A DNA stretch of 64,000 nt from an uncultured virus (IMG/VR IMGVR_UViG_3300007538_000026) (taxonomy: Duplodnaviria > Heunggongvirae > Uroviricota > Caudoviricetes), in IMG/VR virus record IMGVR_UViG_3300007538_000026, positions 1 to 64,000 of that record. One strand, 5' to 3'. The stretch's first letter is position 1; every line of letters begins with the position of its first letter. Shown here piece after piece: positions 19,077 to 28,228 of the stretch. The notes under the pieces were generated by a model, which did no database searches, was not told where the DNA came from, and saw nothing but the letters and a program-made list of their open reading frames with translations. Both the position numbers and the translations under genes were made by a program.

Positions 19077-19619
19077 ATGTACGACTTCGCGCGCATCATC
19101 GACGTCTTCGAGGATGAGCTGGAGAAGATCGCCAGGTTCCGGCACGCCTCCAACGAGGGGCTGCACGTGGTGCAGCAGGCGCTGCTCGGCAACAAGGCTG
19201 CGCTCAAGCAGCAGACTCGCGGTGAGGTCAAGGCGCTCGGCCTCGGGCGCTTCGTCCCGTTCACCTCGTCTCATCGCGCGGCCCACCAGGCCAAGCAGAG
19301 CGCGAAGTTCCAACGCCGCGCCTACGACAAGGAGCTGGCCGAGGTGCAGCAGGAGGTCAAGCGCCGTGCCCAGGAGGGCAAGTGGGCGGGGACGACGCGC
19401 CCCCGGTTCTTCGGCACGACGCCCACCGCGGGTGAGGTCGAGAAGGCCACGCGGAAGGCCATCAAGAACGAGCGGAAGGCCAAGCGGACGAAGACCCTGC
19501 GCATGGTGGGCGGCGGTGTGGCCGGTACCGGCGCGGTCGTCGCGGGCGGCGTGGCCGGGAAGAAGTACATCGATCATCGGCGGCGCACGAGGGCCTACGG
19601 CGGCTATGCGGGGTACTGA
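19077..19619 (+). CDS. ELEKIA-motif basic protein with C-terminal Gly-rich hydrophobic segment
   Basis: MYDFARIIDVFEDELEKIAR and VGGGVAGTGAVVAGGVAG. GGAG RBS. Confidence 0.7.
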   Translation: MYDFARIIDVFEDELEKIARFRHASNEGLHVVQQALLGNKAALKQQTRGEVKALGLGRFVPFTSSHRAAHQAKQSAKFQRRAYDKELAEVQQEVKRRAQEGKWAGTTRPRFFGTTPTAGEVEKATRKAIKNERKAKRTKTLRMVGGGVAGTGAVVAGGVAGKKYIDHRRRTRAYGGYAGY

Positions 19620-20344
19620 TGGTCCGGAGGCGGCGCACCAAGAAGGCGGATGATGAGCTCCAGCTCTGGCAGAGCTGGAAGCAGGCTCCGTCCGACGCTA
19701 CGCTGACTCCGGTTCTGGACTCGCTGCAGCCAGTCATCCAGCGCAAGGCGCGTGAGTTCTCCACGGCACCCGTACCTCCCGGGGCCGTGCTCGGGGCTGC
19801 CAACGAGCTCGCGCTGCGTGCCATCAACACCTACGACCCGAACCGAGGCGCCTCTCTCCGCACGCACGTGGACTGGAACCTGCGCAAGGTTCGCTCCTTC
19901 GTCGTGAAGCACCAGAACCTGGGCAAGATCCCTGACCAGCGAGCCTACGGCATCGGGCGGTTCAAGGCTGTCGAGGACGAGCTCACGGAGAAGCTGGGGT
20001 ACCCGCCGGACGCGCAGACCATGGCAGAGGCACTGGGGCCGAAGTGGTCGGTGGCGGAGGTGCGCCGGATGCGGTCAGAGGACCGCCCGGACCTCATCGC
20101 GTCCCTCAACCTCGAGCCTGACCTGCTCCCCGAGATGGAGTCCAGCGCTGAGCGTGAGGTGCTTCGCTACATCTGGCAGGACCTCACGCCGGACGAGCGC
20201 ACCGTGTTCGAGTACTCCATCGGCGCGAACGGCAAGCCGAAGATGCGTGCAGGTCAGATCGCCGCCATGATGGGGATCTCCCAGCCGAAGGTCAGCCGCA
20301 TCCGTCGCAAGATCGACCGCAAGCTGCAGGAGCGTGGCGTATGA
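19619..20344 (+). CDS. Sigma-70 family RNA polymerase sigma factor (FliA/SigF-like size, regions 2-4)
   Basis: AINTYDPNRGASLRTHV (region 2), LTEKLGYPPDAQTMAEAL (region 3), LTPDERTVF...QIAAMMGISQPKVSRI (region 4 HTH). Confidence 0.85.
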   Translation: MVRRRRTKKADDELQLWQSWKQAPSDATLTPVLDSLQPVIQRKAREFSTAPVPPGAVLGAANELALRAINTYDPNRGASLRTHVDWNLRKVRSFVVKHQNLGKIPDQRAYGIGRFKAVEDELTEKLGYPPDAQTMAEALGPKWSVAEVRRMRSEDRPDLIASLNLEPDLLPEMESSAEREVLRYIWQDLTPDERTVFEYSIGANGKPKMRAGQIAAMMGISQPKVSRIRRKIDRKLQERGV

Positions 20345-20526
20345 CGTCGGTAGACACCGCGCTCGAGTTGGTCAACGCAGCCGATGAGAAGCTGCAGGCC
20401 GACATCACGGCGATGGCGGAGCTGCTCACGTCGACCACCACCCCGATGGAGCGCTGCGCCGAGGATGCCCAGGAGGCGGCACTGGCTGAGGCCGAGGCCA
20501 TCGTGGCAGACATCTGGGGGGCGTGA
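20341..20526 (+). CDS. Small acidic helical protein
   Basis: ATGA/GTGA coupling on both sides. Confidence 0.55.
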   Translation: MTSVDTALELVNAADEKLQADITAMAELLTSTTTPMERCAEDAQEAALAEAEAIVADIWGA

Positions 20527-20915
20527 TGCAGATGATCGCTTCCGGGCTCTCGGGACTGTACCCCTATGACGCGGGTGAGGCTGGGATCGCTGTAGGCATG
20601 CCCGTCGCCTTGGCCGCGGCCGCGCCGGGCGCGGTCATCAAGGCAGACGCGGGGGAGCCCGCACGGATGCCTGCCATCGGCGTCGTGGCTCGCGTCAGGG
20701 GAGCCCGGGTCTACGTGAGTCGGGAGCAGCCCGTTGCAGGGTACAGTGACCTGACGCCCGGCGCGGCCTACTTCGTGGCCGAGGGCGATCCCGGCACGAT
20801 CTCGGAAGAGGCCCCGGACCTCGCAGACGGCGGAACCACGCAGGTGATCGGGAGGGCCAGCAGTGCAACTACCCTGCTGGTGTGGCCCGGCGAGTATTCT
20901 GCGGTTGATGTGTAA
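20523..20915 (+). CDS. DUF2190-like capsid decoration/cement protein
   Basis: KADA...PAIGVV...LTPGAAYFV...GTI...QVIGRASSATTLLV resembles the C-terminal domain of the 901 aa protein. Confidence 0.55.
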   Translation: MMQMIASGLSGLYPYDAGEAGIAVGMPVALAAAAPGAVIKADAGEPARMPAIGVVARVRGARVYVSREQPVAGYSDLTPGAAYFVAEGDPGTISEEAPDLADGGTTQVIGRASSATTLLVWPGEYSAVDV

Positions 20916-20933
20916 GCGGCAAGGCGCTACTAT
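20905..20933 (+). promoter_or_regulatory. Sigma70-like promoter
   Basis: TTGATG-N17-TACTAT upstream of the gene at 20987. Confidence 0.5.
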
Positions 20934-20986
20934 CTTCACCTACGCACCCCTCCCCCACCAACCTCACCTACAGGAACGTCCCCACC

Positions 20987-21292
20987 ATGTCGAAGCGCGA
21001 AGCAGAACTGGAAGCCGAGCTGGCCGCCATCCGGCAGCAGGGCGCCGATGCCGATGCCGCCGCCCCCAAGGCGGACACCCCGACCAATCCCGACCTCGAG
21101 CGCCTCCACGCGCGCAAGGCCGAGATCGAGGCCGAGAAGAAGGAGAAGATCGAGGACTTCCAGGCGTACGCCACCGGGCTCCAGAAGCGCTTCGACGAGA
21201 AGCGCCAGGCGCACTCCGATGAGCTGAACGGCCTGGACACCCAGATCGCCGAGATCGACGGGGCCATCAAGTTCCTGGAGGGCACCCTCTAG
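20987..21292 (+). CDS. Coiled-coil hypothetical protein
   Basis: E/K/A-rich heptads, AGGA RBS. Confidence 0.7.
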   Translation: MSKREAELEAELAAIRQQGADADAAAPKADTPTNPDLERLHARKAEIEAEKKEKIEDFQAYATGLQKRFDEKRQAHSDELNGLDTQIAEIDGAIKFLEGTL

Positions 21293-21304
21293 AACGAGGA
21301 CCTC

Positions 21305-21547
21305 ATGGCCCAGTTCAAGTACGTCGGCCACGAGCAGGGGGTTGACACCCCTGCTGGCGGCCTGATCACCATCCGTGGTCTGAAGAACGCCTTCAATGGC
21401 GGCGAAGAAGACAACCGCTTCGAACTCCAGGTGGAGCCCGGGGAGATCTTCGAGATCCCCGACTCCTGGGAGACGGCGGTGCAGTCGCTGGAGCTGAAGA
21501 AGAGCCCGACCGACAGCAGCAAGTTGCTGTACGAGCGCGTGTCTTAG
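21305..21547 (+). CDS. Small hypothetical protein
   Basis: GAGGA RBS and coding bias. Confidence 0.65.
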   Translation: MAQFKYVGHEQGVDTPAGGLITIRGLKNAFNGGEEDNRFELQVEPGEIFEIPDSWETAVQSLELKKSPTDSSKLLYERVS

Positions 21548-21620
21548 CGCGCTTCCGCACCCACAAGCCCCTCTTCTCTTCCCAGTGCCCCTGCACTGAC
21601 CTCACTCTCAGGAGACTCAC

Positions 21621-24326
21621 ATGACTCAGGTCACCCTGGTTCGTCTCAACGCCGGTCGCCCCAAGGTCGTGAACCCGGCCCTCGAGACCGCCCGCCTCGA
21701 CACCGGCTTCCAGGTCGGCGGCTCCGACGCCTCCGGCGGCGCCACCTACATGTCCATCATCCCCAAGACCGGCGAGTCCGACTCGCAGGTCATGCTCGAC
21801 ATCAGCAACGGGGCCTTCCAGTTCAAGAAGGACGGTTCCGCTTCGCTGGGCGTGAGCGGCAAGACCATCACCTTCCAGGGCGCCATCCAGGTCGAGGGCA
21901 CCCACACCATCGTCGGCGGCACCACCTTCCGCGGCGACGTGGACCTCGGCGATGACGCTGCGGACACCATCACCTTCGTGGGCATCGTCGACTCCAACAT
22001 CACCCCCGACGGCGCGGGCACCCGCAGCCTCGGCTCCGCCACGGCCGAGTGGAAGGACATCTTCATCGCCACCGGCGCCACGGCCATCAAGATGGGCTCC
22101 GGGCAGGAAGCCAGCGTGGGCTACGACGCCGGCACGGGCCTGAACCTGACCTCGGATCACTCCGTGCAGGTCACCCTGGGCGACGATGCGGGTACCTACG
22201 CCTTCAAGGTCTTCGACTCCACCCCCGGTGTGGCGCTGTTCTCCGTCAACTCGCTGGGCGTCGCGGCCTTCTCCGGCACCGTGGGCGTCGCGGGCGACTT
22301 CGATGTCAACACCGACAAGTTCACCGTGGCCGCGGCCACCGGCAACGTCGGCATCGGCGGCACCCTCACCACGGGCGATGACAAGGCCGTCACCTTCGGC
22401 GACACCGTGCTGACCAGCACCAGCGCCAGCAGCGCCATGGTCGTCACGGGAGACGCCTGGGTGTTCTCGAACACCAGCGGCATCGCGCTCGCCGACAACC
22501 TGGGCATCGCCTTCGGCAACATCGGTGGGGCGCCCGACATGGCCGTGTCCTCCGACGGCACCGACGGCTACATCAGCGCCACCAACGTGCTGAACCTCAT
22601 CGCCAACGGCGGCAACCTGGTCCTGGACGCCAGCGGCGACAGCGTCATCGCCGAGGACGTCTACATCACCGACAACCAGATCGGCGTCTCGGGTGACCTC
22701 GACCTGATGACCCTGACCTCCGGCACCCTGACGGTGGCCGGCAACGTGGTCGCCAGCACGGACGGCTACGTCTCCTCGGGCCTCCTGCGCCTCACGGAGC
22801 AGAGCAGCGCCCCGTCTCACGTCGCCAACACGGGCCTGGTCTACTCCAAGGAGATCGGAGGCCTCACCGAGCTGTTCTACCGTGACAGCAACGGCACGGA
22901 CACCGGGCAGGAGATCCAGCTCACCAGCAACGGCTCCATCAACGTCGGCTCCATCAGCTTCTCCCTGGACGATGCCTACAACGACGGCTCGACCGTGACC
23001 GTGGACAACACCGACGTGCTCTGGGACATGTCGGTCAACAGCGCGACCGCCTTCAAGGTGCAGGGCAGCGGCGGCAACTTCATCGTCTGCAGCAACGCCA
23101 CGGGTGCGAACACCCTCCTGCTGGGCGGCGCTTCCGTGCCGGTGGCGTTCGTCAGCGCGATCGGAGGAGCGGACACCGTCCAGCTCGCCTCCAATGCCAA
23201 CCGCTCCCTCATGGTGATGGGCTCCGGTGGCGAGTCCGCCGGCAAGTCGTTCACCCTGGCGGCCGGTGCGGCCAACCCCGTGGCCTCCGGTGACTTCAAC
23301 GGTGGTGACCTGATCCTGAACGCGGGCGCCAAGGTCAACGGCGGCACCAACGGCGCGGTCAAGCTGGGCAACGCCTCCACCTCCGTGGTCAAGGTCGAGG
23401 CAGCGCTCCAGGTCACCGCTGGGCTGACCCAGACGACGGGCATCTTCAGCGTGGCCTCGGCCATCGCTGGGGGCGGCATCACCATCACGGGCCAGGACTT
23501 CGGCATCAACACCGTGTCCAGTGGTACCCTGACCCTCGGGTCGGCGGGCCTGATGGACGTGAACGCCAGCGGCGGGTTCGACCTGGACGTGACCGGCGGC
23601 AACTCCATCAGCCTGAACACGGTGGGCGCCGGCGGCAACGTCAGCATCGGGGCCGATGGAGGCACCGTCACCCTGACCGGAGCCAACGGCATCAACCTCT
23701 CCGTGAGCGGCAGCAACGAGCTCGACATCACCGCCGGCGTCCTCGACGTCAACGTGCAGTCCTTCACCCTCGACGGCACCAGCGCCTCCTCCGTCACCGT
23801 GACGGGCGCGAACCTGACCCTGTCCACGGCGACCTCCGGTACCGTGGAGCTGAGCGGCGCCGACGGCATCAACGTGAACAGCGCCCTGGAGCACAAGGGC
23901 AACGTCACCTTCGATGCGCAGACGCGGACGCTCAACGGCATCGAGGTGCGTGACCTGCCCTCCGCCACCACCGCCTACACCAACAACACCGGCGGCGAGA
24001 TCGCCCAGTACACCGTGGTGGCCGCGACCACCACGGGCGGCGAGATCATCAAGGCCGACAACAGCGCCGCGGCCTCCGCGCGGGTGCTGGGCCTGGCCGC
24101 TGCGTCCATCGCAGACGCCGCCTCCGGCCGCGTGTGGGTCCGTGACGGCGAGGCCATCACCAACGGCGCCTGGGCCTGGACCATCGGCACCCCGGTGTAC
24201 CTCGGCACCGCGGGCGGGCTGACCCAGACCGCTCCCACCGCCGCGGACAGCGTGGTCTACCAGGTGGGCATCGCCACCAGCGCCACCACCATGCAGGTGC
24301 AGCTGCAGTTCATCCTCGAGAACTAG
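21621..24326 (+). CDS. Long beta-rich fibre protein with C-terminal DUF2190-like domain (candidate head fibre)
   Basis: 901 aa G/T/S/N-rich beta repeats. C-terminus GTPVYLGTAGGLTQTAPT...QVGIATSATT. AGGAG RBS. Confidence 0.7.
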   Translation: MTQVTLVRLNAGRPKVVNPALETARLDTGFQVGGSDASGGATYMSIIPKTGESDSQVMLDISNGAFQFKKDGSASLGVSGKTITFQGAIQVEGTHTIVGGTTFRGDVDLGDDAADTITFVGIVDSNITPDGAGTRSLGSATAEWKDIFIATGATAIKMGSGQEASVGYDAGTGLNLTSDHSVQVTLGDDAGTYAFKVFDSTPGVALFSVNSLGVAAFSGTVGVAGDFDVNTDKFTVAAATGNVGIGGTLTTGDDKAVTFGDTVLTSTSASSAMVVTGDAWVFSNTSGIALADNLGIAFGNIGGAPDMAVSSDGTDGYISATNVLNLIANGGNLVLDASGDSVIAEDVYITDNQIGVSGDLDLMTLTSGTLTVAGNVVASTDGYVSSGLLRLTEQSSAPSHVANTGLVYSKEIGGLTELFYRDSNGTDTGQEIQLTSNGSINVGSISFSLDDAYNDGSTVTVDNTDVLWDMSVNSATAFKVQGSGGNFIVCSNATGANTLLLGGASVPVAFVSAIGGADTVQLASNANRSLMVMGSGGESAGKSFTLAAGAANPVASGDFNGGDLILNAGAKVNGGTNGAVKLGNASTSVVKVEAALQVTAGLTQTTGIFSVASAIAGGGITITGQDFGINTVSSGTLTLGSAGLMDVNASGGFDLDVTGGNSISLNTVGAGGNVSIGADGGTVTLTGANGINLSVSGSNELDITAGVLDVNVQSFTLDGTSASSVTVTGANLTLSTATSGTVELSGADGINVNSALEHKGNVTFDAQTRTLNGIEVRDLPSATTAYTNNTGGEIAQYTVVAATTTGGEIIKADNSAAASARVLGLAAASIADAASGRVWVRDGEAITNGAWAWTIGTPVYLGTAGGLTQTAPTAADSVVYQVGIATSATTMQVQLQFILEN

Positions 24327-24350
24327 CGGCTTCGCGTCGCTGCCTCTCTC

Positions 24351-24380
24351 GAAGCCCCGCGGCTGCAGCCGCGGGGCTTC
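24351..24380. repeat. Perfect 30-bp palindrome (terminator or IS200/IS605-like hairpin)
   Basis: GAAGCCCCGCGGCTGCAGCCGCGGGGCTTC is its own reverse complement. Confidence 0.8.
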
Positions 24381-24418
24381 TCGCGTTACGGGACCTTCGC
24401 GGGAGCGCTCCCCCCGGG

Positions 24419-24447
24419 CTGACTGGGAGCATCGAAGGCGGTATAGT
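24419..24447 (+). promoter_or_regulatory. Sigma70-like promoter, likely leaderless
   Basis: CTGACT-N17-TATAGT, with the ATG at 24454 lying 6 nt downstream. Confidence 0.5.
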
Positions 24448-24453
24448 TGCTCC

Positions 24454-24861
24454 ATGCAAGACGTAGATGCCCCCATCGCTGATATCTTCGAGTTCGTGGA
24501 TCGAGGTGAGCACGGGCTCGTCCCCAAGCGCATCTCGGGCGTGAAGAAGGGCTTGGCTCTGCGCTACTTCATCGCGCTGCTGCGCGGGTTCACGGCCCGC
24601 CGTGGCGGGGTGTTCCGCGCGTACGACGAGACCAACACGCACGCGGGTGAGATGTGCATGGAGGGCGAAGTCCTCACCTTCCGTGTGCTGGGCAAGCCCG
24701 TGCTCGGGATCACCCGGAAGAAGGCCAAGGTGCCCGTCCTCGAGGTGGGAGAGCCGGGAGCCTCGTGGCTGGAGATGTGGTGCGGCGATGAGCTGCGCTA
24801 CGTGTCCCTCACCCCTTCGGGCCGCCTGACGGTCCGCAAGACTCCCCCGGGGAAGGCATGA
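24454..24861 (+). CDS. Hypothetical protein
   Basis: Stop overlaps the next ATG (ATGA). Confidence 0.6.
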   Translation: MQDVDAPIADIFEFVDRGEHGLVPKRISGVKKGLALRYFIALLRGFTARRGGVFRAYDETNTHAGEMCMEGEVLTFRVLGKPVLGITRKKAKVPVLEVGEPGASWLEMWCGDELRYVSLTPSGRLTVRKTPPGKA

Positions 24862-25796
24862 GCACGCGCCACGCCAAGGTCGAAGAAGCCCTCGTCGAGG
24901 TCTTCACGGTGTTCGACCTTGACGGGTACACCCCCGTCTCTGGCCTCACGGCGGACGACTTCGAGCTGACGGTCTACCAGAACGGGGCCGTCGCCGCCGG
25001 GGTTGAGTGCGCACTGACCGAGGTGGGGTCCTCGGGGGACTACGTGCTCTCGGTGGCAGCCGGGCTGCCTGCGTCAGGGGTCTGGGTCATCACGGCCTAC
25101 TGCACGTTCAACGAGGCGCGCTACCGTTCGGTCATCGAAGTGCGCGAGCACGACGTGGACGACATCTTCGACATCATGGTGTCCGGCGGCTCCGGTACTG
25201 AGAGCGTGACTGTGCGCATCGTGGACACGGTCCACGACGACACTCCGCTGGCCGACGTCCTGGTCAACGTCTTCAACGAGGACGAGACGGTGTTCGTCAC
25301 CTTCGGGCGCACGGATGTTGACGGGGAGCGTACCTTCTTCCTTGACGAAGGGACCTACGCCTTGCGGTGCTTCTCGCCCGGGGTGAGCTTCGACTCGGAG
25401 ATGCAGCTTGTCGTGGAGACGGGCGGCGGTGTCGAAGTCATCGAAGCCGAGGCTACCGTGGTGACCCCTCCGTCGAACCCGCAGCTCTGCCGCTTCTACG
25501 CTGACCTCATGCAGCAGAACGGGCAGCCGCTGGCAGACTTCCGCATCAGGGTCACCAACCTGCACAAGCCTACCGACTCCACAGCACTGGCGGTGGTGGA
25601 CAACGAGGCCCTCTACACGACCGATGCCGCGGGACACGTCGAGTTCGATGTGGTCCGGGGAACGCGGATCCGGGTATCCTTCGTGAAGTCCCGCTTGACG
25701 CGTGAGATCATCGTGCCCTCTCAGTCCGTGGCCAACCTGCTGACTGTGTTCGGCGCCGCCTCGGACGCCTTCGCTGTGGTGAGGAGAACCGGATGA
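24858..25796 (+). CDS. Multi-Ig/transthyretin-like fold virion protein
   Basis: PLADVLVNVF...TDVDGERTFFLDEGTY is a carboxypeptidase-regulatory-like pattern. Confidence 0.6.
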   Translation: MSTRHAKVEEALVEVFTVFDLDGYTPVSGLTADDFELTVYQNGAVAAGVECALTEVGSSGDYVLSVAAGLPASGVWVITAYCTFNEARYRSVIEVREHDVDDIFDIMVSGGSGTESVTVRIVDTVHDDTPLADVLVNVFNEDETVFVTFGRTDVDGERTFFLDEGTYALRCFSPGVSFDSEMQLVVETGGGVEVIEAEATVVTPPSNPQLCRFYADLMQQNGQPLADFRIRVTNLHKPTDSTALAVVDNEALYTTDAAGHVEFDVVRGTRIRVSFVKSRLTREIIVPSQSVANLLTVFGAASDAFAVVRRTG

Positions 25797-27388
25797 CCAG
25801 CCCGAACCCTACCCTGGTGCGCCAGTCCAAGGCGTCGGACCTGCCCGTGTTGGTAGGGCCCAACCTGCTCATCAACCCTGTGTTCGAGCACATCATCACC
25901 AAGCGCGGGGCGTCGGGCACCATGGCTCTCCCCACGGCGTTCTCGGACACCTTCCAGTATGCTCCTGGGTGGTACGACTGGGGCGGGGAGAACTGTGGGA
26001 GCCTCGGTCAGCCGAATCCGGCCTCCCAGCAGTACAACCCGTTCCGTGCGGGGGCCAACTGCGACAGCGGCATCGAGATCGAGCAGACGGCCCAGTGGCA
26101 GAAGGGCGTCGTCCAGCTCGTGCCGCGGGGAGCCACCCTCAGGGGGCGGCGCATCCGCGTCTCCGGGTGCTACCGCATCCCGACGGGAGGCAACCCGGAC
26201 GACCTGACGGGCATCTCCATCTGGCTCAAGGGCGCGGTTGTCGACGAAGCCGGGGCCGGCGCCTGGGTCAGCAACACCGACTACAGCATGCAGGAGGACT
26301 GCATGCACGTCATCCGGGTCACGACCGAGCTCGACGCCGCGGATGCCGCGAACACCTACGACTCGGGGGAGGAGTTGTTCTTCCGCGCGTTCGACTCCTG
26401 GACCTTCGACGGCGTGGACGACTCGATCACGTTCGGCGGTGCGGGGGTGCGCTCGCAGCAGGCGATTCGGGTGTTCCTCCTGAACGGTACCTTCAACGAC
26501 GACGCCGCCTTGGGTGACGTCGAGGTCTACACCGAGACCCAGGTCGGGGACGGGGCCACCCACTACTTCGAGGCATTCTTCGACGTGCCCGACGAGGCAG
26601 GGCTCTTCCCCGAGGACGACGTCTGGATCATCGCCATGCCCGTCTCGCCGGACAGCCAGGGGGACATGACCGGGGACGCCACCATCGTGGTGTGGGGCTT
26701 GTCCCTCGAGGTCGTGGTGCAGGAGGCCGAGGGGCAGGTGCTCACCGGGCTCCTCAGTCCCGCGCCCTTCGGCTCCGCGATGGGCTACGGCTCGGGAGGC
26801 CTCCCCCTGGAGCAGCTGTACCGCTACCCCATCTACGTCCCTACGATCTACCCGCTGGACGTCCACGGTGCGCCGAAGATCGCGAGTGACTACTCCAACG
26901 TCTACAAGCACATCGACGTCGGGGATCGCGAGAACCTGCTCTCCTTCTACGGCAGTGGGTCGGTGGCGCTGGTCGCCAAGCAGCACACGCCGCCTCCTGG
27001 GGCGCACATCATCTCGGCCGCGTGGCGCTACGCGCTGGACACCAACAGCGGCTCGGCCACGGCCTCCGAGCTGTACCAGGTCCTCACCTTCGACCCGGCT
27101 GACACTGCCACCAAGGCGTCGCAGCAGGTCGTGTGCGACTGGGGCGCGCTCGGTACGACGGGCTGGAAGGAGTGCGACGCTGTGCGCAACCGCGTCGGCA
27201 TGTACTGGCCCGCGGACGCCGCTGATGCTCTCGAGGACTTCGGAGCGCAGGCTGCGGCCAGCCTGTGGTTCGAGCAGACGCTCACGGGCAACGGCTCGGG
27301 ACACACCGCGGTGCAGGACGGCTTCATCTACGCTGTCGAGGATCCCCGCCTCGGGCGTGCCTGCTGGAAGAACCCGAGCGGGAGCTGA
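25793..27388 (+). CDS. Putative virion structural protein (carbohydrate-binding-like N-terminus NLLINPVFE)
   Basis: 531 aa, acidic and aromatic-rich, translationally coupled. Confidence 0.6.
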   Translation: MTSPNPTLVRQSKASDLPVLVGPNLLINPVFEHIITKRGASGTMALPTAFSDTFQYAPGWYDWGGENCGSLGQPNPASQQYNPFRAGANCDSGIEIEQTAQWQKGVVQLVPRGATLRGRRIRVSGCYRIPTGGNPDDLTGISIWLKGAVVDEAGAGAWVSNTDYSMQEDCMHVIRVTTELDAADAANTYDSGEELFFRAFDSWTFDGVDDSITFGGAGVRSQQAIRVFLLNGTFNDDAALGDVEVYTETQVGDGATHYFEAFFDVPDEAGLFPEDDVWIIAMPVSPDSQGDMTGDATIVVWGLSLEVVVQEAEGQVLTGLLSPAPFGSAMGYGSGGLPLEQLYRYPIYVPTIYPLDVHGAPKIASDYSNVYKHIDVGDRENLLSFYGSGSVALVAKQHTPPPGAHIISAAWRYALDTNSGSATASELYQVLTFDPADTATKASQQVVCDWGALGTTGWKECDAVRNRVGMYWPADAADALEDFGAQAAASLWFEQTLTGNGSGHTAVQDGFIYAVEDPRLGRACWKNPSGS

Positions 27389-27391
27389 GTC

Positions 27392-28228
27392 ATGCCTGAT
27401 GTCTACCAAGGAGTCGTAGGTCGACAGCTGCGGGTACCCCTGCGCGATTCGTTGGGGACCACGGGCCTGGCGCTGGAGGACTTCACCATCTACGCCGCCT
27501 CGGAGGCTTCCTGGGTGGCGGATGCGGAAGCTACGCTGGCACTCATCCTCATCGAGGTCGACAGTGAGAACTTCCCCGGGTACTACGAGCTGGCGCTCAC
27601 GCCTGTGGGCGAGGGCTTGCTCTATCTGTCCGTCGCCGGGACCGATACGCATCACCTGGCGGTGCAGGCCGCCCACGAGGGTGTGGACCTGGTCGGTACG
27701 GTGCAAGCTGGTGCGGAAGGGACGTACACCGTCACCGTCGAGGACGACGGCGGGAGTCCGGTTTCGGGAGCGACGGTCAAGATCTACTCGAGCGGCGGGA
27801 CCCGCCTCGTAGCTCGAGGTACGACCAACGCAGCTGGGCAGGTAGCCTTCGGGCTGCCCACTGGCTCGTACTACGTGCGGGTCTACGTGGATGGCTACGA
27901 CTGCACCGAGGTGAACCCCACGGAGATCCTGGTAGTGGCTGACCCGACGGTAGACCCCGTGGTGCTCAGCGCGGTGCCGGAATCCCCGCTCGCCGGCGGC
28001 AGCGTCACCCTGCTCGGCACGTGCCTGGGGGACACCCTGGCCGACGTGGATGTGCTGTTCGACGGGGAGGTCGTGGCAGCCTCGGCGCTGGCGGAGGGCG
28101 GCACGGCCGTGGTGGCCTCCGTGCCCGAGGCTGCTGGAGGGCCCGTGTCCCTGCAGGTACGCAAGCCGGATCCCAGCAACCCGGGGGAGTACCTGGTGTC
28201 CAACATCGTGTGGGTGGAGATCGTATGA
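27392..28228 (+). CDS. Ig-like virion protein (carboxypeptidase-regulatory-like plus IPT/TIG-like)
   Basis: PVSGATVKIY...TNAAGQVAFGLPTGSY and P...GGSVTLLGTCLG...VLFDG. Confidence 0.6.
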   Translation: MPDVYQGVVGRQLRVPLRDSLGTTGLALEDFTIYAASEASWVADAEATLALILIEVDSENFPGYYELALTPVGEGLLYLSVAGTDTHHLAVQAAHEGVDLVGTVQAGAEGTYTVTVEDDGGSPVSGATVKIYSSGGTRLVARGTTNAAGQVAFGLPTGSYYVRVYVDGYDCTEVNPTEILVVADPTVDPVVLSAVPESPLAGGSVTLLGTCLGDTLADVDVLFDGEVVAASALAEGGTAVVASVPEAAGGPVSLQVRKPDPSNPGEYLVSNIVWVEIV

